DNA from: an uncultured bacterium
GTDB lineage: Bacteria > Cloacimonadota > Cloacimonadia > Cloacimonadales > TCS61
Assembly: GCA_965370415.1 (NCBI GenBank)
Contig: CBDUTJ010000013.1
Coordinates: 2,030-66,029 of the forward strand
Direction: 5' to 3'
Length of the DNA: 64,000 bases
The notes under the pieces were generated by a model, which was not told where the DNA came from, did no database searches, and saw only the letters and a list, made by a program, of their open reading frames with translations. Positions 46,719-55,887 of this stretch are shown in pieces (position 1 is the first letter of the stretch; every line of letters starts with the position of its first letter). Made by a program: the position numbers and the translations under genes.

Positions 46719-47819
46719 TCATTTAAAATATTCATCTAATAAATCAATGGCTTTATCTTTTCTACTATCCACGAGATGAATATATTGCATTGTGGTTTTT
46801 ATATTTTTATGTCCCATCAGCTTCATTATTGTAAAGACACTCTCTCCTTTTGCAGCTAAAAGCGTTCCAAAAGTATGCCGCCCACTGTGAAAAGTTATTT
46901 TCTGATTAATACTTTTAGAATTAATCCACTCTCTAAACCTCTGAGATAATCTTCCTCCTGTTGGTATACTAAAAATTCGATCTTCCTTCATATTTTTCTT
47001 TTGTTCCTTTATTATTCCAAGGGCTATTGTATTGAGTTTAATCCGAACAGTTTCACGGGTTTTTTTCTGACGAAAATATAAGTGCTTCTCCTTAATATTA
47101 TTATGGGTAATTCTGTTAAGATCTGAACGTCGAAGTCCTGTAAAACAAGAAAACAAGAATCCATTTTTTATTTGGAAGTATTTGCATGGTTTCTCAATAA
47201 GTTCCTTTACTTCAGTAATTGTTAAAAATTCAATTTGGGGATCATCGTATTTTATACTAATTCCATTTGCCGGATTTCTGTCTATTAACTCAGACAATAC
47301 TGCCAGATTAATAACAGCTTTGAATGTGACAAAATAATGGTGTGCAGTATGAGCTTTAACAGGTAGTCTGAGCAGGTAATCTTTATACTTCAAGCAGATA
47401 TCTCGTGTCAGTTCACTGAAAAGAAAAGTACTCTTATTAATAAATTCTTTAAAATAATTCAAAGACACTGTATAATTATAATCTTGCTTTTGCTGAACTG
47501 TTTCTTCAAAAAATTCCATGAAATTTTTATCGTTATCTTCAGAAAAGAGCTTGATCCCGGAATTAGATTCGTATATTTCCTTTTCTTTTTTATCCCTTAT
47601 TAATTTTGCTTTATTGATCTCGTTCTCATCTTTAATTTTACTCCTGCTATCCCCTGCAACATATAATCCAAGGGATTTCCTTTGTCTTGAACTTTTGTAT
47701 GAATAATCAAGATATAAACTATATAATCCATTCTGCATCTTTCTAGCACAGATCTTAATTTGGTAACCTGTATTCATCTTACTCAATTTATCAATAATTT
47801 TCGGAATTGAATTTTTCAT
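46719..47819 (-). CDS. tyrosine recombinase / phage-type integrase
   Basis: C-terminal catalytic pattern ...GLRRSDL...FHSGRHTFGTLLAAKG..VFTIMKLMGHKNIKTTMQYIH (R, H-x-x-R, H, Y), plus an N-terminal SAM-like domain. Confidence 0.9.
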   Translation of the reverse strand: MKNSIPKIIDKLSKMNTGYQIKICARKMQNGLYSLYLDYSYKSSRQRKSLGLYVAGDSRSKIKDENEINKAKLIRDKKEKEIYESNSGIKLFSEDNDKNFMEFFEETVQQKQDYNYTVSLNYFKEFINKSTFLFSELTRDICLKYKDYLLRLPVKAHTAHHYFVTFKAVINLAVLSELIDRNPANGISIKYDDPQIEFLTITEVKELIEKPCKYFQIKNGFLFSCFTGLRRSDLNRITHNNIKEKHLYFRQKKTRETVRIKLNTIALGIIKEQKKNMKEDRIFSIPTGGRLSQRFREWINSKSINQKITFHSGRHTFGTLLAAKGESVFTIMKLMGHKNIKTTMQYIHLVDSRKDKAIDLLDEYFK

Positions 47820-47847
47820 TTCATCCCCTCATTAATTATCTGGTCAA

Positions 47848-47897
47848 GTGACAGATATGTGACAGATTTTGTCAAGAATTAACAAATATTAACAAAT
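47848..47897. repeat. short direct repeats upstream of the integrase (GTGACAGAT x2; TTAACAAAT x2)
   Basis: aaGTGACAGATatGTGACAGATtttgtcaagaaTTAACAAATaTTAACAAATtt. Candidate arm-type or regulatory sites. Confidence 0.5.
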
Positions 47898-47960
47898 TTC
47901 CAAAAACCAGATGCTAAAAATAATGGAATAATGGCATAAATGTAACTCATTGATATTAAA

Positions 47961-47984
47961 GAAAAAAGCCGCCAAATGCGGCTA
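47961..47984 (-). terminator. rho-independent terminator downstream of tRNA-Ala
   Basis: Minus-sense AGCCGC-ATTTG-GCGGCT followed by TTTTTT. Confidence 0.6.
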
Positions 47985-47992
47985 TGAAAAAA

Positions 47993-48068
47993 TGGTGGAG
48001 CATAGCGGGATCGAACCGCTGACCTCATGACTGCCAGTCATGCGCTCTCCCAGCTGAGCTAATGCCCC
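47993..48068 (-). tRNA. tRNA-Ala (anticodon GGC), CCA encoded
   Basis: The reverse complement GGGGCATTAGCTCAGCTGGGAGAGCGCATGACTGGCAGTCATGAGGTCAGCGGTTCGATCCCGCTATGCTCCACCA folds as a cloverleaf. The anticodon loop is CTGGCAG, the G3:U70 alanine identity pair is present, and the T-loop is GGTTCGATCC. Confidence 0.9.
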
Positions 48069-48218
48069 AACCGTTTCCGAAAATCCAAAAACACAATTTA
48101 ACGTCAAGAATTTTATCCGACTTCATTTTGAGATAATTTTGAGATTATACGGAAAAAAACTTTACGAAGAAATCCAGAATTTATAAATGGTGCAGTCGAT
48201 TTTTTGTGTGGAGGTTAA

Positions 48219-50438
48219 ATGAAAAGAATTACTGTTTTTATGCTGATAATGCTTGTCTTAAGTTTGTTGGCAGCTGAAAATAATTTGATCCTCGAAATCG
48301 AGATACTTGGAAATCAGAATATAGAGAAAGAACTTGTTCGTTCACTTATTACATTCGAAGTTGGTGAAAATCTTGATCCTGAGGATGTTGCAAAGTCTAT
48401 TAACAATCTTTATAAACTTGGTGTTTTCGAAGATATCAAACTGGAAAAAAGTGAGCTGCAACAGGGAGTTTCACTGGCTATTATAGTAAAAGAATTTCCC
48501 ATTGTGAATTCAATAGAATTCTCCGGTAATAAGAAATTGAGCGATTCAAAATTGAAGGAAATTGTAATACTGAAAAAGGGCAGCTACTGGTCACCGTTCC
48601 TGGAATCGGAAGTAAAGAATTCTATCCTTTCCGAATATAAGAAAAAAGGCTATCATTTAGTATTCACAGATTTCAAAGCTATCGATTTGGGAGATAATAA
48701 AGTAGACCTGTTTATTGATATAGACGAGGGTGCTAAAGTTGCCATCAAAAAGATAAGAATACATGGCAATAAACTTATCCGGGCTAAAAAACTGCTTGGT
48801 AAGATGAAAACAAAAAAAGCCAGTTTGCTGCGCTCCGGTAAATTCGATAACGAAAAATATGAAGAAGATCTGGAAAACCTGATAACTTACTATAATAAAA
48901 AGGGATTTATAGATGCACGTATCATTTCCTGGGAGAAAAAACTTTTAGATGATAAATTTATAATCGATATTTACCTTTACGAAGGAAAGCAATTTTATTT
49001 TGGAAAGGTTCTTGTAGTAGGAAATGAAAGGTTCACCGATGAATTGATAATCTCTCAATTCAAGTTCAAAGACGATGAAGTGTTCAACCTGGAAAAATTC
49101 AATAAACAGCTTGGTTCTGTAGCGTCCATGTATTATGAAGAAGGTTATATCTATTCCACTTTCGATCATGAACTTCAAAAATCTACCGAAAAAATAAACA
49201 TCCAACTTAACATCCTTGAAAATAATCGTGCCCAGGTAAGAAAAATCCATATCCGGGGTAACCGTAAAACCAAGGAGAAAGTGATCCGTAAACACCTGGT
49301 AATTTCTCCGGGCGATTATTTCCAGCAATCGAAGGTAATGAAGAGTCAGCAAAACATTTACAATATGGGATTCTTCGAACCGGATTTACACCTCGATAAT
49401 CCAAATATCATCAATAGTGATGGCGATATAGACCTGGTTATAAACCTGAACGACAAAGTTTCCGGCACAGCTAACGGTGGGGTAGCCATTAACAGCCAGG
49501 AGGGTTTGGTAGGACAACTGGCAGTTACTCATAATAATCTTTTGGGAAATTCCTGGCAGGCTGGTGTAAAATGGGAATTTGGCGGTAAAATACAAAACTT
49601 CAGTTTCAATTTTACAAACCCGTATTTTATGGATACTTCCACACTTGTAGGATTCGATATTTATCTTACAACAAAAGAATGGGACACATATGAAGTTAGA
49701 ACAAATGGAGGTTCTGTGCGGCTTGGTCGTCCTTTGGGCTTTTTGAATTACTCAAGACTTGTAGCAGGATATTCTTTCTATGCCAAAAAATATTCCATCC
49801 TTTCCGGACATGAAGATAATGCTTCCGAAACATTGCAGGATCTGGATAAGAAAAACTGGCAGAATACAAGTGCTATTTCTCTTACTTTCTCACGTGACAG
49901 CCGCGACAATGTATTCTTCCCCACTTCCGGTTCAAATTTCACTCTTTATTCCGAATTAGCCGGTGGACCACTGCAGGGTGATTTTAATTATTTCAAACAG
50001 ATCGCCCAGATAAGCTGGTATACAAAAACCATCTGGCAACTTGCTTTACGAACCAAATGGCGTTTCGGTTATGTTACAGGATACGGTGGAGAAGAAGCAC
50101 CTCCCGATGAAAGATTCTACCTGGGCGGTACCGGTCCCGATGGTATTCGAGGTTATGCAGACCGCTCTGTAGGACCCAGCGAAGGCGGATTGCGAGAGAT
50201 AATTTTTTCCACCGAATATGGGCTGCCCCTGGCTGGCGACCAGATAATCGGGCTTGTGTTCTTTGATGCAGGAGATAGTTACAACAGCCTACCTCAATTT
50301 GATTTCTGGGATATGAAAATTGGTGCCGGTGTCGGTGTGAGAATCAGAAGTCCATTCGGTCTAATAGGATTCGATTATGCTCACAATTTCGACACCAGAA
50401 GATGGGAACCACACTTCCAGTTTGGAACGACATTTTAA
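48219..50438 (+). CDS. bamA: outer membrane protein assembly factor BamA (POTRA repeats + Omp85 barrel)
   Basis: 739 aa with a signal peptide. POTRA-like repeats (IEILGNQNIEKELV..., IEFSGNKKLSDSKLKE..., IRIHGNKLIRAKKL..., VLVVGNERFTDE..., IHIRGNRKTKEKVIRKHL). C-terminal barrel with RFYLGG...IRGY and a terminal ...FQFGTTF. Confidence 0.9.
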   Translation: MKRITVFMLIMLVLSLLAAENNLILEIEILGNQNIEKELVRSLITFEVGENLDPEDVAKSINNLYKLGVFEDIKLEKSELQQGVSLAIIVKEFPIVNSIEFSGNKKLSDSKLKEIVILKKGSYWSPFLESEVKNSILSEYKKKGYHLVFTDFKAIDLGDNKVDLFIDIDEGAKVAIKKIRIHGNKLIRAKKLLGKMKTKKASLLRSGKFDNEKYEEDLENLITYYNKKGFIDARIISWEKKLLDDKFIIDIYLYEGKQFYFGKVLVVGNERFTDELIISQFKFKDDEVFNLEKFNKQLGSVASMYYEEGYIYSTFDHELQKSTEKINIQLNILENNRAQVRKIHIRGNRKTKEKVIRKHLVISPGDYFQQSKVMKSQQNIYNMGFFEPDLHLDNPNIINSDGDIDLVINLNDKVSGTANGGVAINSQEGLVGQLAVTHNNLLGNSWQAGVKWEFGGKIQNFSFNFTNPYFMDTSTLVGFDIYLTTKEWDTYEVRTNGGSVRLGRPLGFLNYSRLVAGYSFYAKKYSILSGHEDNASETLQDLDKKNWQNTSAISLTFSRDSRDNVFFPTSGSNFTLYSELAGGPLQGDFNYFKQIAQISWYTKTIWQLALRTKWRFGYVTGYGGEEAPPDERFYLGGTGPDGIRGYADRSVGPSEGGLREIIFSTEYGLPLAGDQIIGLVFFDAGDSYNSLPQFDFWDMKIGAGVGVRIRSPFGLIGFDYAHNFDTRRWEPHFQFGTTF

Positions 50439-50455
50439 TTAAGATTTCAAATAAA

Positions 50456-50493
50456 AACCTGCTGGGTATTAAAAACCCAGCAGGTTTTTTTTA
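50456..50493 (+). terminator. rho-independent terminator of bamA
   Basis: AACCTGCTGGGT-ATTAAAA-ACCCAGCAGGTT followed by TTTTTTT. Confidence 0.8.
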
Positions 50494-50621
50494 AATAATT
50501 TATATAGCCTTATATCGCTCCGGAAAATATTGTAGCACTGGTTGAGGGGATTGTGGAACACAGATGTTAAAACAAATGTAAATTGCTAATTGAACCAGTA
50601 AAAGGGGTAACTATATTCCAA

Positions 50622-51818
50622 TTAATTTTTTATCAATTTAACTGAACTTTTACTAAATTTATAAGTGGTAACGACTTTATACAATTTGTTGCTTTCATTC
50701 TTAGGTCGGTAAAGCAAATACAAAGTAATTAAGAGAGTTTCCTTCTCCATTTCAAGCATATTTATAAATTCTTGTAAGGGTCTTTTGTTATTAGTACCTC
50801 TAGTTATTTCAAGGGTATAAAAATAATTTTTTTTTCCCCCTGCTGCTATTTCGATAATTGAAGTAAAACCATCTTCAGTTATTAATGCAGGCATATCACC
50901 AATATTATTAACTTCATATTTGACTTTTATAATGATGTTTTCACCAGCTATTTCCGCTTTAATAAAGTTACCACTTTCTTGAAAGCGACTTGGTGTAACT
51001 GAAAGATGAGGGAACCCTTTTGTACAAGATTTGCTTTGAAGTTCAGGTAATCCAGCAAATGTTACCGATCCATCGTCATTATTTCTGTGTAGTAACGATG
51101 GGCTATATTCTATGAACCAACTATGTTCGGCAGTAGCTGTTAGTTTTATCTCATTGCGTTTTGTATCAGTTGGATTATATGTGTTAACTGCTTCAATTAT
51201 TTTCTTGTATCTTTTATTTTTTTTGAATTCAGAATCATTGTAGATGTCTTTATTGTGAGTAAAAAAGTACTCATTCAGTGTGAAAGATTTCATGTCTGAT
51301 TCACGAAAATAATTTATACAAATTAAATACATTGTGATAACATCATTGCCATTAATACCAATGGTTGAATCTTCTATATCAGAAAAGGGTTCAAGTTTGT
51401 TAGCTGATATTGAATGATCAAATCCTTTAAAACCTGTTTTTATGAAATAATCAATTTTCTTTTCTTTTTTGTTATAAATATAAATATTAATTTCGGCAGA
51501 AAGTGAAATTGCTGTGACTGGTCCAGAGTTATTTATAATAACATTTGGATTGTTAGTGTCTCGATAAGTGTGTTCTCCTTCAACCTTAATAGGATATTCC
51601 ATTAAACACGAAATGTTGGGTTCTATGTTATTTTGCTTATTTTTCCAGATTTCATTTTGCCATTTAAGAAAAACAACAAGAATACCTAATATTATGCCAA
51701 TATACAATGTCCATTCAAACACAATTATATTGGATGAATAAAAAATCCTACATAAAAAAAATGAAAGCGTTGAACAAAAACCAATAAAATAAAGAACAAA
51801 CTTGGGAATGAGTTTCAT
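50622..51818 (-). CDS. hypothetical membrane protein
   Basis: 398-aa ORF with two N-terminal hydrophobic segments and AT-rich flanks. No family recognised. Confidence 0.5.
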   Translation of the reverse strand: MKLIPKFVLYFIGFCSTLSFFLCRIFYSSNIIVFEWTLYIGIILGILVVFLKWQNEIWKNKQNNIEPNISCLMEYPIKVEGEHTYRDTNNPNVIINNSGPVTAISLSAEINIYIYNKKEKKIDYFIKTGFKGFDHSISANKLEPFSDIEDSTIGINGNDVITMYLICINYFRESDMKSFTLNEYFFTHNKDIYNDSEFKKNKRYKKIIEAVNTYNPTDTKRNEIKLTATAEHSWFIEYSPSLLHRNNDDGSVTFAGLPELQSKSCTKGFPHLSVTPSRFQESGNFIKAEIAGENIIIKVKYEVNNIGDMPALITEDGFTSIIEIAAGGKKNYFYTLEITRGTNNKRPLQEFINMLEMEKETLLITLYLLYRPKNESNKLYKVVTTYKFSKSSVKLIKN

Positions 51819-52145
51819 TTATTTCTCATTATATCAGACCATGGAAAGAAGTAAAACAATTTTCATTCCGTTTTTACAAGCAATAACTAGTATTTTATTA
51901 ACCATCGAATTTTTCATACTCACTCATCAATAAATCTTCCAGTAACATACTAAATCTATGTTTCAACTCACAATCCAATTCAAACAACTTTTCCTGTCAA
52001 ATATAATATTTTATCAGGTTCTAAATTTCAGGTAGTGTTAGGTTAGGTTGCGATTATTTTTCTTTGGTTTTGCCGGACAGATCGGTGATCTGTCCCTACT
52101 ACCATTAATCGGAAGGCAATGAAAACAAAACGCCCAGCTTTCAAT

Positions 52146-54326
52146 TTATAATTCTATACCTTCACCAATTCTGCTTTCTTTCTCCAAAGCTCCATCGAGA
52201 TAAACCTGGAATCTATTATTTTCAATTTCTACATTAAATATATGTCCTTTAATTGGAACATTATCAATTTTCAAATATTTCAATCCAAGAGGAAGCGGAT
52301 CAACGATTAATGTACCATCGAGTTGCGGTTGAATTCCGCAGATATATTTTATGATCAGATCAACTATCCAGGAATGTTGGTAGTCGTTCACACCACGATA
52401 AAGACAGGGTTTTCCCGAATGCGGATTATAATGCTCGAAAGTATTTGGATATTTCAGATCACCACCTGAGAACATCATTTCAATGGTTCTTTTGATGAAC
52501 CATCCCGCTTTTTCTTTCAGGCTTTCATCGTATTTGGAAGCAACATTTACCAATGCTTCGGCGATATGGGAATTGGTCATTGGCCATACTCTTCCATTCC
52601 AGGGACAGTTCATTCTCTTTTCTTTCCATTCGCCAAAAGGACTTGAAAGAGGTTCGTTCAAAGCGGTTGACGGAACAGGGTATGAAGTCCAGAATTCATC
52701 TTTGTTAAAAAGATGTTTCTTTAGTCCGTTCAGGTGAGATTCATCTGCAATTTCGTAGATATACGGATAAAAGCAGACTGCAGCTTTGATGTTCGTTCTT
52801 TTCCAGTTTTCCGGATTCACATCAAAAAACATCTCCTCATCTTTTTCCCACATATATTTCAGAACAGCTTTTTTGATCTTTGCGGTTTCTTCTTTCCATT
52901 TTTTTGATTCAGATTCTTTCCTTAATTTCTTGGCAATAAAAGAGAGTGCTTTACGAATTCCATATTGGTAACAGGTAGCATCCACTCCTTTCAACCTGAT
53001 ACCGCTGGATTCCATTTGCAGGTCTGCCTTTTCATCCACACTGGTGTAACGCGTCATGAATTCCTGTCCGGTTTCCATCTGGTCTATCACATCATATAAA
53101 TAGCTATGTTCTGTATCACGTTCTTTATCAAAAAATTCTGTATATTTCACGAGGGATGGATAAACTTTTTTCAGGAAATCAATATCAGGATGAATCTTGT
53201 AAGTCTCCATTACCGCAGTTCCAAAATCCGTATGATAGAAGCTTTTTCTATTAATGTCAATTGGATACAGGTTCCCGGGATAACTACCGTTCCGGTCTTG
53301 ATTATCAGCGAAGTTAAGGAAACTGCCTTCTGCAACTTTAGGGCTGTTCATCCAGCGTGTTTCCAACATATGGCATTGAGCAGAATAGGAGATCGGCATT
53401 CTGAAATAAGCTGGCCCTTCACAAACACAGGGATAGGAATATGAATCTTTCATCATAAAAAGCCGCAGTCCAAACCAGCGATACCAATAGTATTTTTCCA
53501 AATATTTATTAGAGCATTCAAAATATGGTACGGAATTAAAAAACTCCTGCCAATTATTTTTGCTTTCTTTTACAGGATTCTTGATATTGAATGTTTCCTC
53601 GAATTTTTTCTTAACTTGATCGGAAGTTTTCGCAACCGAAAGGGAGATCTTTACTTCAGCATTCTTTGTAATTTTTAAATGTTTATGCAAGCCAAAATAG
53701 AGTAATCCATCCGGGTTTATCCCCTTATTATGGATTTCATTTGGAAGCTTTCCACTAAACTTCTCGTAGAATGGAGTGTATTCAAATTTTGGTTGATTTT
53801 CCGTATATTCAGAAAGATTGATTGAAAATGATGAATGTTCCATTCCAATAAATACTGAAAAATTGAAAGGATATTTTTTCTTTAGTTTTACTTCACGTTT
53901 AAGAAGGATTCCATTCTCTTTTTTAGAAAAGGATAGAGTTCTTTCTTTCTGATCATTTGCTTGTGCTGTCCATAAGATCACATCGATTTCCTGATTTTTC
54001 CCTTCAAAATGTAGAGCTGTAGAAAGTGTATCATTGGGAAGCAAAACATCTGTTTCGATGAATGTAAGATCGTTTATTAAGGAAAATCTTCTTATCAGTT
54101 TGGAAGGATCCCACCTTGTATCAATCAATTTTGGTTTGAGTTCTTTTCCATCTTTTGAAAGGAAAGAAATCGTATAAAGTGGTTTTATGGGAATATTATA
54201 AAAATGTGCTTCATCCCACAATCCAGGAACGTGCAGCCACTGCGGAAAAAGCGGTGTGAAAATAAGTGAGTCTCCTCCGCCAAGATACCATTTATCGTCT
54301 CGTTCGAGTAATTTGAGAATGTTCAT
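52146..54326 (-). CDS. (alpha/alpha)6-barrel glycoside hydrolase, GH63/MGH1-like
   Basis: 726 aa. The C-terminal catalytic-domain patterns NCPWNGRVWPMTNSHIAEAL and FEHYNPHSGKP are typical of GH63/GH37/GH15-clan enzymes. No signal peptide is evident. Confidence 0.65.
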   Translation of the reverse strand: MNILKLLERDDKWYLGGGDSLIFTPLFPQWLHVPGLWDEAHFYNIPIKPLYTISFLSKDGKELKPKLIDTRWDPSKLIRRFSLINDLTFIETDVLLPNDTLSTALHFEGKNQEIDVILWTAQANDQKERTLSFSKKENGILLKREVKLKKKYPFNFSVFIGMEHSSFSINLSEYTENQPKFEYTPFYEKFSGKLPNEIHNKGINPDGLLYFGLHKHLKITKNAEVKISLSVAKTSDQVKKKFEETFNIKNPVKESKNNWQEFFNSVPYFECSNKYLEKYYWYRWFGLRLFMMKDSYSYPCVCEGPAYFRMPISYSAQCHMLETRWMNSPKVAEGSFLNFADNQDRNGSYPGNLYPIDINRKSFYHTDFGTAVMETYKIHPDIDFLKKVYPSLVKYTEFFDKERDTEHSYLYDVIDQMETGQEFMTRYTSVDEKADLQMESSGIRLKGVDATCYQYGIRKALSFIAKKLRKESESKKWKEETAKIKKAVLKYMWEKDEEMFFDVNPENWKRTNIKAAVCFYPYIYEIADESHLNGLKKHLFNKDEFWTSYPVPSTALNEPLSSPFGEWKEKRMNCPWNGRVWPMTNSHIAEALVNVASKYDESLKEKAGWFIKRTIEMMFSGGDLKYPNTFEHYNPHSGKPCLYRGVNDYQHSWIVDLIIKYICGIQPQLDGTLIVDPLPLGLKYLKIDNVPIKGHIFNVEIENNRFQVYLDGALEKESRIGEGIEL

Positions 54327-55495
54327 TATATTCCTTTTGCTGGTTCAATATACGCTCCTCTCGAAGGAACGACTTCATAAAACTGCGGGATAAATCCTGT
54401 CTTTTGAAAATACACATCCAGAATTATTTCTTTTAGCTGTTCAATTTTGGAATTCTTCACCAGATAGATCACACATCCGCCAAAACCTGCTCCGGTAAGT
54501 CTTGCACCTAAAACTCCAGATTCATTCTTTCCAATTTCTACAAGCAGATCAAGTTCTTCTGTACTGACTTCAAAAAGTTCTTTTAAACTTTGATGAGACT
54601 GATACATCAACTCACCAAAAGATTTTGCATTTCCTTTTTCCAGGACTTCTACAGCTTGTTTTACTCGTTCATTCTCATAAACAATATGCTCAACTTTTCT
54701 CTTTAATGTATCAGGCAAGAATGAAGCATATCTTTCAAGATCATTTATAGAAAGATTACGCAGAGATGTAATTTCAGGAAGATATTTTTGAAGAATTTTC
54801 ACTGCATCTCTGCATTCTTGTCTTCTTTGATTATAGGAAGATTCTGCTAGTTTTCTTTTTACCATTGAATTACACACAAGAAATGAATAATCCTGAATTA
54901 ATAACTGAATATATTTATATTTCAAACTTCTGCAGTCAATGAAAAGTGCATTGTCTTCTCTGGAAAGCAGTGATGCAAATTGATCCATTATTCCGCATTG
55001 CACACCAACGAAATCGTTTTCTGCTTTTCGGGCTAATTCTACCATTTCTATTGGTTTGATCTCCAAATCATATAATTCTTTAAAAGAAAGTAACGTTGCA
55101 ATTTCTATCGAAGCGGAAGAGGAGAGTCCTGCACATTCGGGAACTTCACTAAAAATTAGAACATCTATTCCTCCAATTTTGTATCCGGCATCGAGAAGAA
55201 CTTTTACTATCCCACGCTGATAATTGCTCCATCTCTTTTGTTGAGTTGGTTTGATATTTTTAAGATCGAATTCTTCCTTTTCTTTATATTTCAGATCATA
55301 GATTCGAATTTTCCCATCATCGTTTTTAGAAACAAGCATATTTGTGTATCTATCAATTGCAATTGGAAGCACAAAGCCGTCGTTGTAGTCTGTATGTTCA
55401 CCGATAAGGTTAACTCTACCCGGTGCTCGGATGATATTGGTAGGAGATTTTTTATAGATTGTTTTATACTGCTTAATAAGATTTTCTTTGGTCAT
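54326..55495 (-). CDS. galK: galactokinase
   Basis: Galactokinase signature GRVNLIGEHTDYNDGFVLP, GHMP motif PECAGLSSSAS, and C-terminal GARLTGAGFGGC. Confidence 0.9.
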   Translation of the reverse strand: MTKENLIKQYKTIYKKSPTNIIRAPGRVNLIGEHTDYNDGFVLPIAIDRYTNMLVSKNDDGKIRIYDLKYKEKEEFDLKNIKPTQQKRWSNYQRGIVKVLLDAGYKIGGIDVLIFSEVPECAGLSSSASIEIATLLSFKELYDLEIKPIEMVELARKAENDFVGVQCGIMDQFASLLSREDNALFIDCRSLKYKYIQLLIQDYSFLVCNSMVKRKLAESSYNQRRQECRDAVKILQKYLPEITSLRNLSINDLERYASFLPDTLKRKVEHIVYENERVKQAVEVLEKGNAKSFGELMYQSHQSLKELFEVSTEELDLLVEIGKNESGVLGARLTGAGFGGCVIYLVKNSKIEQLKEIILDVYFQKTGFIPQFYEVVPSRGAYIEPAKGI

Positions 55496-55883
55496 ATTTC
55501 ACAATCCAATGCAAATAATCTTTTGGATCAATAATCTCATATTCTATTGGTTTAACCGGTTTGTATGAAACCCATTGAAAATTATCGATCTGCTCAAAAG
55601 AACTTACCGGAACTTTATACAAATATCCCACTTTGGAAGAATCGAGTTTTCCTGTTTTAATAATGATCTTTGGATTTCCATCTTCAAATGATAATTCCCA
55701 GACACGACTATTACTTTCATCAGCCATAATAGACAGAGCAAAAGAAATTGCAAAATTTCTATCCTGGGAAGCGTAGATCGCACAAAGAGAATCTTTTGCC
55801 GAACCAATTCCGGTTGCCTGGTTGGGCTTGAGAATTTCTTCCAGAAATCTGCTGCCATGATATAAGAATTTAATTTCTTCCAT
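55473..55883 (-). CDS. hypothetical 136-aa protein (possible minimal ADP-ribosyltransferase-like fold, speculative)
   Basis: ORF in an operon between the GH gene and galK, overlapping galK by 23 nt. The N-terminus is FLYHGSRFLEEIL...AIYASQDRNFAISFA. Confidence 0.5.
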   Translation of the reverse strand: MEEIKFLYHGSRFLEEILKPNQATGIGSAKDSLCAIYASQDRNFAISFALSIMADESNSRVWELSFEDGNPKIIIKTGKLDSSKVGYLYKVPVSSFEQIDNFQWVSYKPVKPIEYEIIDPKDYLHWIVKYDQRKSY

Positions 55884-55887
55884 TTAC

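Larger units (their letters stand above)
37016..47960 (-). mobile_element. integrative element (possibly composite) adjacent to tRNA-Ala; boundaries approximate
   Basis: A tyrosine integrase abuts the tRNA 3' side. There is also a second (serine) recombinase, an excisionase-type HTH, a MerR-like regulator, a lysozyme-like fragment, short direct repeats near both proposed ends, and cargo of unknown function. No clean att direct repeat was found by eye. Confidence 0.55.

Noticed and set aside
36936-48115. Shared 11-12-mers GTCAAGAATT(TT) at about 36940, 47870 and 48105 as candidate att core repeats
   Set aside because: The reverse complement is AATTCTTGAC(A), a -35-like TTGACA box with an A/T-rich upstream tract. 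Each copy faces a minus-strand gene or the tRNA. Promoter similarity is the simpler explanation.
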